DNA of 64,000 nt from an uncultured Bdellovibrionales bacterium (lineage in GTDB: Bacteria > Patescibacteriota > Minisyncoccia > Moranbacterales > UBA1568): positions 17,833 through 81,832 of the forward strand of contig CAZIZG010000003.1 in assembly GCA_964543815.1 (NCBI GenBank), given 5' to 3'. Made by a program: the position numbers and the translations under genes. A model generated the notes under the pieces. It was not told where the DNA came from and ran no database searches. It worked only from the letters and a program-made list of their open reading frames with translations. Of the stretch, positions 19,286-29,839 are shown piece after piece. The stretch's first letter is position 1. Each line of letters opens with the position of its first letter.

Positions 19286-20506
19286 CTATTTAATATTTTC
19301 CAAAACACTGTACATTGGCTGAAGCATCGCGACCGCAAAAAATCCCACGCCACCACCGATGAGGAGCATGAGGATAGGCTCGATGATTGAGGACATATTT
19401 TTGGTGATTTGTGAAACTTCTTCCTCGTAGAACTCCGCCAAACGCTGGAGTACCACTTCTGTTTTACCCGTCTCCTCACCTACTTCAAGAATCTGGGGCA
19501 CCAAGAGCGGGAAGAGACGCGGGTACCGACTGATGACCATGGAAAGCTCAGTTCCTTTCTGAATCTCGGCAATAGCCGCATTGAGCGCATCCTTATAGTA
19601 CAGATTGGAGAGAGTCTTTGAAATAATAGTGAGAGCGTTCACTACCGACACACCACTCTTGAGTAGCGAGCTATAAATACGGGCGAAGCGGGCGCAGTTT
19701 ACTTTGACCACGATATTTCCCACGATTGGCATCCTGACAAAGACAAACCCAAAAAAACGCTTCCCCGGAATGGTACCCGAAAAAACCTTGGTTCCAATAA
19801 TAAGGGCAAGCGATACTCCGATGGTAATAAAAGCATGGTTCCGCACGAAATCACTGATAGCGATAATAACCAGTGTCGTTGCCGGAAGCTGCACATCCAT
19901 ATCCTGGAATACTCCGGTAATTTTAGGGAGAATGTAGACCAGCATGAGAATAGCGATACCAATCATCGCTACCACGATCACGGCCGGATAAATGAGGGCT
20001 CCACGAACCTTGGAAAGCAAATCGTTTTCCTTTTCGAGCTGCAAAGCTAATATATCAAGCACTTCTTCAAGATTTCCCGATACTTCACCCACGTACACCA
20101 TGTTCACAAAGAGCTCATCAAAAACGGATGGATACTTGCCAAGACCCTCAGAGAGAGTTTTCCCGCCCTGTAGGTCATCATTCACATCATCAAGAATCTT
20201 TTTAAACGTCTTATTTTTAGTCTGAAGCGAAAGATTATGCACTGCCCGAGACACGGTCAGGCCAGATGAAACCATCACCGACAAATTTCGGGTAAACGTC
20301 ATCTTTTCCTTGAGTGGCACTGATTTGAACCGGTCTAAAAATCGCACACTTAAAGACGTCGCTACCTGCTCTTCCTTGAACGAAGTGAGCAGTAGCCCTT
20401 CAGCCCGAAGCTCTTGAGCGAGCGACTTTTCATCTTTGGCTTCACGCTCTCCACCAGAAGTCTCGCCAGTGGAAGAATTTTTTGCAGTATAGAAAAACTT
20501 CGACAT
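19286..20506 (-). CDS. pilC: Type IV pilus platform protein PilC (GspF family)
   Basis: 406 aa with two GspF-type repeats and three TM regions. The C-terminus reads ...EPILMLLIGGGVGFFAVAMLQPMY. Confidence 0.85.
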   Translation of the reverse strand: MSKFFYTAKNSSTGETSGGEREAKDEKSLAQELRAEGLLLTSFKEEQVATSLSVRFLDRFKSVPLKEKMTFTRNLSVMVSSGLTVSRAVHNLSLQTKNKTFKKILDDVNDDLQGGKTLSEGLGKYPSVFDELFVNMVYVGEVSGNLEEVLDILALQLEKENDLLSKVRGALIYPAVIVVAMIGIAILMLVYILPKITGVFQDMDVQLPATTLVIIAISDFVRNHAFITIGVSLALIIGTKVFSGTIPGKRFFGFVFVRMPIVGNIVVKVNCARFARIYSSLLKSGVSVVNALTIISKTLSNLYYKDALNAAIAEIQKGTELSMVISRYPRLFPLLVPQILEVGEETGKTEVVLQRLAEFYEEEVSQITKNMSSIIEPILMLLIGGGVGFFAVAMLQPMYSVLENIK

Positions 20507-20563
20507 GTGGGTATGTGTTTTTGGACTTTCATGTTGAAAGCCTACTCACAGTATACCACAATT

Positions 20564-21484
20564 TCAAACGCTGAGACGCTCTTTAAAACACTGAAACACT
20601 CTCGGGCCACGCGGACGAGGAAGAAACACTAGTGCCTCATCGCTCACCTCGATGAGACTCCCCTCGAGATGAGTTTTTGGATTGGCGGCTATCTTTTTTC
20701 TCTGCCAAGACCTAAGCCAAGACTCAATCATAAACCAATCGCCGATTCGTTCCAATCCATTACGCAAACGCTTGGCCAACGTATTTTCAGATACCAGCCA
20801 CAAGCTCGACAAGACCGTAGGAGCATAGTTTGGTTTGAAATCTCGAATCCAGCGATTTTTGAGCTCAAATATCTGAAAAAGCGGAAACGAGAGAAGTGGG
20901 ATCAGAAAACGATATTCGTGAGCCGAGTAGAGATCCTTCGTAGCAATCTCGAGATGATTATCCGTGACAAAATAGTTGAGACAAGCACGATTGTTGATTT
21001 TTATCCCATGCCGTCTTTTGCCAATACTGTGGAGAAAAGCCGTGAGGATGGTTCGTCCCATCCAGATTCTCCCCGATCGAAGAACCACCAACATATCCCA
21101 GTCGCTACCACGCATACCATGTTTCATCGAGAGACTCCCCGTCGCTCCTATCATTCGGATATACGGTACAAAAGCGAGAATACGAGCCAGCCGTTTCATC
21201 CCCTTCAGTTTTTTCACAGACAGCTTTTCCCGCTCAATCCGTTCTGTTACCAAGTGAGATCGACCTGGTAAAAAATAAAATCCATCCTGTTGTTCTAGTT
21301 TCTTCGTAAGCTGCTCACCATGAAGCAGGTTCCATACTTCGCCTAGCGAAACTGGACCAGACAGTCCATGATCACGATTATATTCAATCAGATGTTTCCA
21401 AATCTCAAACACCGTCAACGGAAAATCCATGACGTCATAGTACGTCACTGTCGCCGCAATATTTTTGCCAAGCTGATAACTCAC
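20564..21484 (-). CDS. Hypothetical protein with a Pol-beta-type nucleotidyltransferase motif
   Basis: 306 aa containing GATGSLSMKHGMRGSDWDMLVV, the [GS]x9-13Dx[DE] NTase signature. Confidence 0.5.
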   Translation of the reverse strand: MSYQLGKNIAATVTYYDVMDFPLTVFEIWKHLIEYNRDHGLSGPVSLGEVWNLLHGEQLTKKLEQQDGFYFLPGRSHLVTERIEREKLSVKKLKGMKRLARILAFVPYIRMIGATGSLSMKHGMRGSDWDMLVVLRSGRIWMGRTILTAFLHSIGKRRHGIKINNRACLNYFVTDNHLEIATKDLYSAHEYRFLIPLLSFPLFQIFELKNRWIRDFKPNYAPTVLSSLWLVSENTLAKRLRNGLERIGDWFMIESWLRSWQRKKIAANPKTHLEGSLIEVSDEALVFLPRPRGPRVFQCFKERLSV

Positions 21485-21632
21485 ACGTAAACTTTAAAGC
21501 TCAATTTTGATTTGACATTATCAGGTTCATTTTACCATTTTCAGAACACTCGTTCACTATTGACGCCCCTCTTTTTCTATGCCTTAATACTTCCAAATAG
21601 CACCCTTCACAATCAACTGCGAAAGGATCCAG

Positions 21633-21881
21633 GTGAAAACTCCTGCCAAGGTTACGCTCATCCTAGTAGGCCTGATGCTCCTCAGTGGAACAACCGCGAT
21701 TGCCATCGGAACCCCGCTCTATTTCGCTGGAGCCGACGTACCGCCATGGGCGAGTTTTCTCTGTCCATTCCTTGTTCTCTGCTACGGATTGATGGCTCTC
21801 TGTTTCATGGTTGCTGCCGTCTACGGCAGTCTCCTGGAACCAGGATACTGGATAACAAACGAACCATCTTCCGACGGATAG
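21633..21881 (+). CDS. Small two-TM membrane protein, hypothetical (GTG start)
   Basis: 82 aa, VKTPAKVTLILVGLMLLSGTTAIAIG...FLVLCYGLMALCFMVAAVYG. GAAAGGA RBS about 6 nt before the GTG. A clean rho-independent terminator follows directly at 21899-21930. Confidence 0.45.
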   Translation: MKTPAKVTLILVGLMLLSGTTAIAIGTPLYFAGADVPPWASFLCPFLVLCYGLMALCFMVAAVYGSLLEPGYWITNEPSSDG

Positions 21882-21898
21882 CATTCCGTACCAAGCAC

Positions 21899-21930
21899 TG
21901 CACCCTCGCTATACAGGGTGTTCTTTTTTT
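21899..21930 (+). terminator. Rho-independent terminator
   Basis: GCACCCT-cgctata-AGGGTGT followed by TCTTTTTTT. Confidence 0.6.
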
Positions 21931-22302
21931 ACTCAAAAAATACTTTAGAGTTGAGTTTCCAAAAAATATCTTCCATTTTCTTACCCTATCATTCCCACCG
22001 AACATCTCTGACTCGCTTCATCGAACAGGGAGCTGTCCTGTACCAGGGTGTCAGTCACGCTCGACTGTTACCGATACGCTCATCAGAGATGTTGCCGCCG
22101 GGAACCGGAGAAAGAAAACGAAAGAATATTTTAGAAAACTTAATGATGTTTCTTTCTCCCAAGAATTCTTTTGGGCGACTTTGTAGCCAAAAGCAGGTCT
22201 TTTCGTTGTGTGAAAAGTTTCGGCGTACAACGTCAGAGAGAATCTCGCTGGGATCCTCTCGGCACAAAAGAGTTGCTTGGGAGTAAGAAATCACCGAAAA
22301 AA

Positions 22303-25170
22303 TCACAGATACTTCGCGGTGAAACTCCGCTTACAGGCTTTCAGTTTTTCCGGCGGGCCCGCAAAGATGAGCTCGCCTCCTTTGGCGCCACCCTCCGGTC
22401 CCATTTCGAGTACCCAGTCCGCCGAAGCAATAACATCAATGTTGTGTTCAACCACGAGTACGCTGTTCCCTTTATCAACGAGTGCCTCGAGTACCTCGAG
22501 GAGACGTCTCACGTCCTCAAAGTGTAATCCAATAGTGGGCTCATCGAGAATATAAAGTGTTTTACCGGTTGATTTACGAGCCAGTTCAGTCGCCAGTTTG
22601 ATACGCTGAGCCTCACCGCCCGAGAGATTGGTAGCACTCTGACCCAAGACCAGATACCCGAGGCCTACCTCCTCCAGAACTCGAAGCTTTTCCTCAATCA
22701 TTGGCTGGTCAAGGAAGAAGTGGCGCGCCTCAGTCACGGTCATCTGAAGAATATGAGCGATATTCTTGCCCCGATATTCGATAGACAGTGTTTTTTGATT
22801 ATAACGAGTCCCCTGACACACTTCACAGGGCACATAAACATCCGGGAGGAGATACATCTCTATTTTCTTGAGCCCGCCACCCTGACAGGTCTCACAGCGA
22901 CCACCCCGCATATTAAACGAAAAGTGACTAGCGGAATATTTCTCCCGTTCTGCCTCGGCCGTCGCGGCAAACAAATCTCGGATAAGACTAAATACCCCAG
23001 TATAGGTCGCGGCGTTTGATCGAGGCGTTCGCCCAATAGGATCCTGAGTTACCGCGATGACCTTGTCGATATTGGATAGTCCTTCGATTTTTTTATGCGC
23101 TCCTGGTTGGGCCTTAGCATGATAAAAATGTTTGGATAAAGCCCGGGACAAGATATCATGAACGAGCGATGATTTACCCGATCCAGAAACACCTGATACA
23201 GCAACGAGCATCCCTAGCGGAATAGTGACATCAACATTCTGGAGATTGTGTTCCGTCGCGCCCGTTATCACAATACTGTCTTTGCCGGGTTTCCGCTTCT
23301 TGTCTTTGATAGAAACACTGCGCTTTCCTGATAGATACTGACCCGTAAGCAATTTTGATTTGAGGAGCTTGTCTGGTGTCCCAGCAAAAATCACTTCACC
23401 ACCTTCAACACCAGCTCCTGGCCCCATATCGATGATATAGTCAGCCCGCTTCATGATAGCAACGTCATGCTCTACCACCACCAAAGAATTATTAGCGGCT
23501 CGCAAATCCTCAAGAGCGTTAATCAGTCGCTCTGTATCACGACTGTGAAGACCCACTGACGGCTCATCCAAAACATAGATGATACCGGATAATCCCGATT
23601 TCATCTGTACCGACAGACGAATGCGCTGAGCCTCACCCCCCGAAAGAGTATCAGCTCCACGCGATAGTTCGAGATACCCGAGACCTACTTTCTCGACCGC
23701 CTGAAGCCGGGTCTCCATTTCACGAAAGAGCGGCTCCACCACGCCTCGTTCACCCTGCTTAACAAGCACTTCTCTGAGCGGTTTCACCAGAGCAAGAAAA
23801 GACTCAACGCTTTGGCTGACCACGTCATCTATCGAAAGGTTATTCACCTTGACCGAAAGACTAATCTGCTTCAAACGCTTACCAGCACACTGCGGACAAA
23901 GCTTCGTGAGCATATAGGCCTCAATTTCTGCCCGAAGATGATCAGACTTTGTCTCTCGATACTTCTGTTCCAAAAGTGCAATAACCCCGGGAAAACCATC
24001 TTCTTGTCCATTTTTTTCACCGTACAGAATAACATCAAAATGTTTGGCAGACATTTTTTTAAGAGGAGTATCCAGCGAAAATTTTTCCCGCTTAGCACAC
24101 TCGCGAAGGAGCGCCATCGGACCAGTCCCAGTATGTCGGTCGCTATTCATTTTACTCCAGGGCCTGATGGCTCCCTCGGCAATTGAGAGACTTTTATTGG
24201 GAATAACGAGCGCCGGATCAAATTCTAGTGTCACCCCAAGACCAGCACACTTCTCACAGGCTCCTTCTGGACTATTAAACGAAAAATGACTCGGGGTAAA
24301 TTCTGGCAGATGAACATCGCAGGCCTCGCAACGATACTCTTCATTGTAAATATGTTCCTCGCCCTGGCCATTGAGGCACAACAAAAACGTTCCCTGCCCT
24401 ACCCGAAAGGCAGTCTGAATATCATCAATGATGCGCTCCTTATCTGGACGCGCCAAATCAAGTACCAACCGATCCACTACCACCCCAATAGGAGATCGTT
24501 CCGTGTGAGAAGCTTGTTCCAGAGCTTGTGCCAGGGCTACAACCTCACCACGAAAACGTACCCGAACATAACCCCAGGCGTTGACGAGAGCAAGTGCCTC
24601 CCGTTCAGTTTTGCCGACTAATTGCGGACTCTCAGCCAAAAAAACGATAGCCATACCATCAGGCAAAGCCAAAATTTCATCAAGAATTTCTCGGACACTT
24701 TTACGCGACAGTACTTTTCCGCAGTGCGGACAATGCGGCACCCCCAACTTAGCATACAGGATACGTAAATAGTCATATACTTCCGTCATCGTTCCGACCG
24801 TCGAACGCGGGCTCCGCGAAACGCTTTTCTGATCAATAGAAATAGCCGGCGACAAATTGCGAATAGCATCCACATCCGGCTTGTCGAAGCCATCCAGAAA
24901 AGTACGCGCATACGAAGAAAGCGACTCGACATAGCGTCGATTCGCTTCTGCAAACAGGGTATCGAAAGCGAGTGATGATTTTCCAGAGCCGGAAAGCCCA
25001 GTGATGACCACGAGGGCATCACGGGGAATATCAACATCGATGTTCTTCAAGTTATTGACTCGGGCGCCTCTGACTTCGATGACCGGCTTTTTCGCTCCCA
25101 TAGGGCGTGAGAGTAGTAAAAAAGTGAGAGAATCGCTTTCCATGCTATCACTTTTTTGAGCGTGGGTCAA
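22303..25170 (-). CDS. uvrA: Excinuclease ABC subunit A
   Basis: 955 aa with duplicated ABC ATPase cassettes ([25 protein letters not shown] signature) and zinc-finger cysteines. The true start is probably an internal Met near 25100. Confidence 0.9.
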   Translation of the reverse strand: MTHAQKSDSMESDSLTFLLLSRPMGAKKPVIEVRGARVNNLKNIDVDIPRDALVVITGLSGSGKSSLAFDTLFAEANRRYVESLSSYARTFLDGFDKPDVDAIRNLSPAISIDQKSVSRSPRSTVGTMTEVYDYLRILYAKLGVPHCPHCGKVLSRKSVREILDEILALPDGMAIVFLAESPQLVGKTEREALALVNAWGYVRVRFRGEVVALAQALEQASHTERSPIGVVVDRLVLDLARPDKERIIDDIQTAFRVGQGTFLLCLNGQGEEHIYNEEYRCEACDVHLPEFTPSHFSFNSPEGACEKCAGLGVTLEFDPALVIPNKSLSIAEGAIRPWSKMNSDRHTGTGPMALLRECAKREKFSLDTPLKKMSAKHFDVILYGEKNGQEDGFPGVIALLEQKYRETKSDHLRAEIEAYMLTKLCPQCAGKRLKQISLSVKVNNLSIDDVVSQSVESFLALVKPLREVLVKQGERGVVEPLFREMETRLQAVEKVGLGYLELSRGADTLSGGEAQRIRLSVQMKSGLSGIIYVLDEPSVGLHSRDTERLINALEDLRAANNSLVVVEHDVAIMKRADYIIDMGPGAGVEGGEVIFAGTPDKLLKSKLLTGQYLSGKRSVSIKDKKRKPGKDSIVITGATEHNLQNVDVTIPLGMLVAVSGVSGSGKSSLVHDILSRALSKHFYHAKAQPGAHKKIEGLSNIDKVIAVTQDPIGRTPRSNAATYTGVFSLIRDLFAATAEAEREKYSASHFSFNMRGGRCETCQGGGLKKIEMYLLPDVYVPCEVCQGTRYNQKTLSIEYRGKNIAHILQMTVTEARHFFLDQPMIEEKLRVLEEVGLGYLVLGQSATNLSGGEAQRIKLATELARKSTGKTLYILDEPTIGLHFEDVRRLLEVLEALVDKGNSVLVVEHNIDVIASADWVLEMGPEGGAKGGELIFAGPPEKLKACKRSFTAKYL

Positions 25171-25185
25171 CTCTGTGTATAACTC

Positions 25186-26433
25186 CTACTCTTTTCCCAA
25201 AAACTCCTTCCCACGCCGCTTCCGATGAAAAGTAAGGGCGAACCGATGCGCCTCGTTATTGACGAGAAGGATCTCTTTTTCAAAGCGACTAATGAGCGAA
25301 GCCGGCCCGATGAGGCGTTCAGGCTGATGACGATTGTCCTTGACGACACCAATCACCGGAATACCCAGTCCCGCCTCACGAATAATTCGTTCCGCTACCT
25401 CATACTGGAGTTTCGCACCATCCACCACTATCATCTCCGGCAACGACCATTCGCTATGCTTCAAACGACGCATAAGCATTTCACCAAGCGCTGAGAGATC
25501 ATTACCACCATGCTTTTCACGTAGCTTAAACTGGCGATACCCCTGTTTATTAGGACGACTTTCTTCCACGACTGTCATGACGCCCACTGAGGCCGTCCCC
25601 ATGAGGTGAGCGACGTCATACCCTTCGATGCGATGAGCATGGCGCTCACGGAGATCATCTTTGATGAGCGCCATATCCTGGATATGTTGTAACCCAAAGA
25701 GCGTGCGCTTGAGTTCACCAGCTCGTTCGAACCGGAGTTCTTTGGCCGCTAACTTCATATCACGCTTGAGCGCCTTCACCACATCGCCCTTGTGCCCCTC
25801 AAAAAAAAGTCGAATATGATTGATGGTTTGCGCATACTCTCGAGCGGTCACTGCTCCAGTACATACGCCCGGACACAGTCCAATCTGGGCATTGAAACAC
25901 GGACGAACACCCCCCGGCTGACACTTGTCCCGGTAGGGAAAGAGCCGCCGCACGATTTTCATCGCCTCGCGAAGCGCTCCTCCCTGAGGGAAGGGACCAA
26001 ACAGGTATTTAACTGGTTCAGTAAATTTTTTTTGCTCAATATCACGACCACGGACGATGAGTACGCGCGGAAACGACTCCTTAGTGATAACGACATGGTT
26101 ATAGCTCTTGTCATCCTTCTGATCAGTATTGTAGGGTGGCTGTTCGGCCTTAATGAGATTGGTTTCAAGAATGAGTGCCTCGAGCACCGATTCTGTTTCT
26201 CGATAAGCTATGGTCACAATCTGCGGCTGCATAAGTTCGATTTTTGGCCCCCGCGTTTCGAGAAGATCCTGAACAAAGTAACTCTTCACTCGATCATGCA
26301 GCGAAGTGGCTTTGCCAATATACAGGAGTGACTCATTGGCATCCAAAAAAAAGTACACTCCCGGTACCTCTGGTAGCGTGTTTTTTTTCTGAAACGCTTG
26401 AAGCGTTACTTTTTTCTCCCACAATGTAGCCAT
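25186..26433 (-). CDS. uvrC: Excinuclease ABC subunit C, short form (415 aa, lacks C-terminal HhH)
   Basis: N-terminal GIY-YIG (GVYFFLDANESLLYIGKAT...Y), Cys-rich UvrBC region and RNase H-like endonuclease region. It ends about 180 aa short of canonical UvrC. Confidence 0.75.
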   Translation of the reverse strand: MATLWEKKVTLQAFQKKNTLPEVPGVYFFLDANESLLYIGKATSLHDRVKSYFVQDLLETRGPKIELMQPQIVTIAYRETESVLEALILETNLIKAEQPPYNTDQKDDKSYNHVVITKESFPRVLIVRGRDIEQKKFTEPVKYLFGPFPQGGALREAMKIVRRLFPYRDKCQPGGVRPCFNAQIGLCPGVCTGAVTAREYAQTINHIRLFFEGHKGDVVKALKRDMKLAAKELRFERAGELKRTLFGLQHIQDMALIKDDLRERHAHRIEGYDVAHLMGTASVGVMTVVEESRPNKQGYRQFKLREKHGGNDLSALGEMLMRRLKHSEWSLPEMIVVDGAKLQYEVAERIIREAGLGIPVIGVVKDNRHQPERLIGPASLISRFEKEILLVNNEAHRFALTFHRKRRGKEFLGKE

Positions 26434-26439
26434 AGTATC

Positions 26440-26468
26440 TTGACTTTTTTACCAAAATAGAGTATAAT
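26440..26468 (+). promoter_or_regulatory. Near-consensus sigma-70 promoter driving the + strand ORF 26524..26904
   Basis: TTGACT (26440-26445), a 17-nt spacer, then TATAAT (26463-26468). A GGAGG RBS lies before the ATG at 26524. Confidence 0.55.
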
Positions 26469-26523
26469 ACACTATTGTAGTTTTAACAACACTTTTCTCC
26501 CCCTGTTCCACCTCGGAGGTTCT

Positions 26524-26904
26524 ATGCCCGCCCTGGTAACACAGCGGTCATCCGCTCTTCCTCTCCCGGTTCCTGACTACGTCAGCATCCTCCTCACAGA
26601 CGTCGTGGTACGTTTGAAGCTACGCCACCCCCGCACCACCGGCTTCGAAAACGATTTCCGGCGAGCATTTGCCGAGGCCGCCCACGCTGTGGGGCTTTAC
26701 CACAGCAAAGAGACTACCACCTACAACTACTTCTACGGCAAGGTACGGGAGCGTATAGAGGGAGAACTCGCCATCCTTCGTGAACAATCCCGCAAACCAC
26801 TGCGGCCCATCGCCACCACACGCCAGACCAAACTTCCTTTTGATGGTCCAATTGCAGGACCGGCCACGGTAGAGTCCTCCATCCCGGCGTACCTCGTTCA
26901 CTAG
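26524..26904 (+). CDS. Hypothetical protein (126 aa)
   Basis: A complete promoter / RBS / ORF / terminator unit on the plus strand. No recognisable family. Confidence 0.45.
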   Translation: MPALVTQRSSALPLPVPDYVSILLTDVVVRLKLRHPRTTGFENDFRRAFAEAAHAVGLYHSKETTTYNYFYGKVRERIEGELAILREQSRKPLRPIATTRQTKLPFDGPIAGPATVESSIPAYLVH

Positions 26905-26920
26905 GTGGCCGCATCATTCG

Positions 26921-26956
26921 CGCCCAAGTCAACTGACTTGAGGCGTTCTTTTTTTA
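26921..26956 (+). terminator. Rho-independent terminator of the + strand ORF
   Basis: CGCC-c-AAGTC-aact-GACTT-ga-GGCG followed by TTCTTTTTTT. Confidence 0.5.
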
Positions 26957-26992
26957 TCAAAAATAAAAAAGGGCTGATGCGTTACATCACCC
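26951..26992 (-). terminator. Rho-independent terminator of the - strand gene 26987..27499 (convergent with the previous one)
   Basis: Minus strand reads GGGUGAUG-uaacg-CAUCAGCCC then UUUUUUAUUUUU. Confidence 0.5.
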
Positions 26993-27499
26993 CTCAGATT
27001 CGAGAATAGACTGAGCCGCCAGGTGCAATGATTGATACACCATCCGATACACCTCTCTCGGATCAAAATAGTAGCAGAGCTCCTCAAATCCAACCGGCAC
27101 CATTTGAGGTGGTGGTACCTTACGAAAAAAACGTCCTTTCTTTCTCACAACGATTTTGTAGGGACCGCTTGACCCTAAACGATACCGTTTGACGCCCATA
27201 CGTCCTTTGATATCACCCAAGAGGAAAGTTATCGGAGATACACTGAGCACTGCTCCGTACATCCGACCCGCATCGCCCATAAAAAGGGCATTCAACTGAG
27301 TTACGATGAGCCTACTCATCGCAAACTGAGACCGCCGCAATTCGCGCGCGATGTACCACGGCGTTCGTGGCAACAAGAGCGCAGGAGGAACACCATGTGG
27401 GGACTCAGACATACGCAGATATGCCTGAGTCACGCCCCGCCTCACATGAGACTCAACGTAACCAGCAGACATACTGCATCCTCTCTTTCTGTTAAACAA
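26987..27499 (-). CDS. Hypothetical protein (about 160-170 aa)
   Basis: ORF with a terminator. The likely start is MSAGYVESHV. No recognisable domain. Confidence 0.4.
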   Translation of the reverse strand: MFNRKRGCSMSAGYVESHVRRGVTQAYLRMSESPHGVPPALLLPRTPWYIARELRRSQFAMSRLIVTQLNALFMGDAGRMYGAVLSVSPITFLLGDIKGRMGVKRYRLGSSGPYKIVVRKKGRFFRKVPPPQMVPVGFEELCYYFDPREVYRMVYQSLHLAAQSILESEG

Positions 27500-27894
27500 C
27501 CGTGATACTCTACTCTACGGTAAAAGATATCCACCGTCAATCGAAGGGTTGATAGAATCATATATTTCGTGTACTATAAAAGCCCGAGTGACGTCGCTCG
27601 GAGACAGTTCTTTTATCCTCTCGATACGGAAGAGTAGAAGTTCGAGAATTTGTCCGCTGGGGAGATATCTGATGAGTTTCCATGAAACTCTGGTCCCATC
27701 TGAGAACCTATTCCCGACCAATTACTCTCCAAGAGGATGTATCATCTTTGACTCGCGAACCACTCGTTCGCCGTCAGCGCAGAACCCTGCTGCCAAAGAT
27801 GTCACATTTCCCTCATCGAGAACAAACAAAAAACCACCCTTCGATATACTCGGGGTGGTTTTTTGTTTCCTTACTTGGACAAACGCCTCGGCAA

Positions 27895-28092
27895 TTACGC
27901 GCGAGCTACGTTAGTCGCAGCAGGACCCTTCGGGCCTTCAGTGATCTCGAAAGAGACAGTGTCGCCTACTTTGAGTTCATCAAAAGTGACCCCAACGAGA
28001 TCCTTGGAATGGAAGAACAAGTCCTTCACTTCGCCTTCGCGAGCAATGAACCCGAATCCTCGGTCCGTCAAGGTTTTGATTGTTCCGGTCAT
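27895..28092 (-). CDS. cspA: Cold shock protein (CspA family)
   Basis: 65 aa, MTGTIKTLTDRGFGFIAREGEVKDLFFHSKDL..., with RNP1/RNP2-like motifs. Confidence 0.9.
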   Translation of the reverse strand: MTGTIKTLTDRGFGFIAREGEVKDLFFHSKDLVGVTFDELKVGDTVSFEITEGPKGPAATNVARA

Positions 28093-28156
28093 GATGTTGT
28101 ATGTGGTAAATTATATCGTGAAACTCGACTCTGTTTCCGCATCTACTACGTCCCCA

Positions 28157-28185
28157 GTATAGCACGAATTCCCCGGCTCTGCAAC
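28157..28185 (-). promoter_or_regulatory. Candidate promoter of the cold-shock gene
   Basis: Minus-strand TTGCAG, a 17-nt spacer, then TATACT, about 60 nt upstream of the csp ATG. Confidence 0.35.
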
Positions 28186-28399
28186 CCCCTCCAACCCCTC
28201 TTCACCTACTTGTCAAGATGGGTCATTTCTCTCATGTTTCACTCATGTGCTATACTTCCAGTGCAAGCCTTCAGAAAGAAGAGGCGATAAATTGAAACCC
28301 ACCTGGATTTTCAGGGAAAAATGTAATTTTTTCCGTTAACTCATTTTTCGGGATTCAGCCGTCACTTCCGCATTGAGGGCTTTTGCTTTTTCATCGGTT

Positions 28400-28888
28400 C
28401 TAAAACCAAATCTTCCAGGCAAAAACAGCTACCATCACCAGAGCCAAAACGAAACTCACTATCGATCCGGCCAAAAACCCAACCAGGCTCCCCACTCCAA
28501 TCCTCAATGCCGCCCGCCAATCCCGACCACCCAAGAACCGTTCTGAAGCAACGGCACCAACAAAAAGACCGAGAAATAAACCTGGCAAATTTAAAAAGAT
28601 AAACCCCAAAATTCCACCGAGCGCCGAGCCGATGACCCCAACTCGGCTTCCACCAAAACGAGCTACCCCGTACATACTCGCAAGCGCGTCAAACGACAGG
28701 GAACAAATGGTTGCCACCCCAAAGAGCACCAGGGTCGTCAACCCCACCGTTTGGATACCAAAAAAAAGCGCGTAGAAAAGGATACCTCCAAACACTAGTA
28801 CCACTCCCGGAATACCGGGAAACAGAGTGCCCACGAGACCAGCAATAAGGAGAAGCCAGGTAAGCGTCACGATAATCCAAGGTTCCAT
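28400..28888 (-). CDS. DUF456-family membrane protein
   Basis: 162 aa, polytopic and Gly-rich (LFPGIPGVVLVFGGILFYALFFG). Confidence 0.6.
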   Translation of the reverse strand: MEPWIIVTLTWLLLIAGLVGTLFPGIPGVVLVFGGILFYALFFGIQTVGLTTLVLFGVATICSLSFDALASMYGVARFGGSRVGVIGSALGGILGFIFLNLPGLFLGLFVGAVASERFLGGRDWRAALRIGVGSLVGFLAGSIVSFVLALVMVAVFAWKIWF

Positions 28889-28898
28889 ATTCGGAAAA

Positions 28899-29432
28899 TT
28901 ACGATTTTACTCCCGGCTTCCGCCACCAAGATGGATACTCGCCGCGTCGAAAACACAGCATATCGTAGATAGCCATAAGAGCAATAAGCCATGGCACAAA
29001 ACTCATAAGCGCATCAGTTGTTGAATGCGACTGACTGTCGATGAAAGAAAAGAGTAACCCGCCCATTCCCACAAACATAAACGTTACTCCCCAACCTCGG
29101 CGAGAAACTGGATAATAGAAAGCAAACCAATGCCAAAAACGAGCTGGTCGAAACCAATAATCCGCTCCTGTCACTCCGGGCGTCTTTTTTTCAACATCCT
29201 TTAGACCGCCACGATTAACAACATTCGTATAGCCCAATTTGATCAATGCTTGACGTGCCCGCTCTGCCCGCCCACCCGAGTGACAGTAAAGCTCAATAGG
29301 AGTCGCCTTGTCCGTATCGGCCAAAATGCCAAGATTGCCGTACAGTATCGCCAATACTGGAAGCGAAATAGCCCCGTCGGCATGACCGGCGGCATATTCT
29401 TCTGGGTTTCTCACGTCAATAAGGAGGGTCAT
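28899..29432 (-). CDS. Rhodanese-domain protein fused to a C-terminal two-TM domain (YgaP-like)
   Basis: N-terminus IDVRNPEEYAAGHADGAISLP...YCHSGGRAERA with a rhodanese active-site Cys, followed by two TM helices. Confidence 0.65.
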   Translation of the reverse strand: MTLLIDVRNPEEYAAGHADGAISLPVLAILYGNLGILADTDKATPIELYCHSGGRAERARQALIKLGYTNVVNRGGLKDVEKKTPGVTGADYWFRPARFWHWFAFYYPVSRRGWGVTFMFVGMGGLLFSFIDSQSHSTTDALMSFVPWLIALMAIYDMLCFRRGEYPSWWRKPGVKS

Positions 29433-29437
29433 AGTAT

Positions 29438-29821
29438 TCAGAGAACTTCACGGACATAATCCACTGCCTTCTGAGGCGTAGTAAGTGACTTGATGAGATA
29501 GAAACGTGTCTCAAATTTTCCAACCTGTTTAAAGGAATCTTCATTATCAATATTCGTGAGCACAATAACGGGAATCCTGGAGAGTTCCTCATCAGCATTG
29601 AGTTCCGTGAGAACCTCTACGCCATTTTTGACCGGCATCTGGAGATCAAGCAGAATAATATCTGGCTTTTTCTCTCGAATCAGCCGCATCCCCTCTTCGC
29701 CATTGACCGCCACCGAAACATCAAACCCCTCCTGATTAAATTTCATGAGGTAAATTTCCCGCAAATCCGAATCATCATCGACGATGCAGACTTTCTTCCG
29801 TTGCCACGTGTCTTCTTCCAT
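29438..29821 (-). CDS. Single-domain response regulator (CheY-like receiver)
   Basis: 127 aa, KVCIVDDDSDLREIY...DIILLDLQMP...VIVLT...K motifs. Confidence 0.75.
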   Translation of the reverse strand: MEEDTWQRKKVCIVDDDSDLREIYLMKFNQEGFDVSVAVNGEEGMRLIREKKPDIILLDLQMPVKNGVEVLTELNADEELSRIPVIVLTNIDNEDSFKQVGKFETRFYLIKSLTTPQKAVDYVREVL

Positions 29822-29839
29822 AGTAAAAAGTATTGAGTA

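Noticed and set aside
21512-22186. 224-aa plus-strand ORF
   Set aside because: No start-codon or RBS support and low-complexity translation. Only the shorter 21633..21881 GTG ORF with RBS and terminator is plausible.
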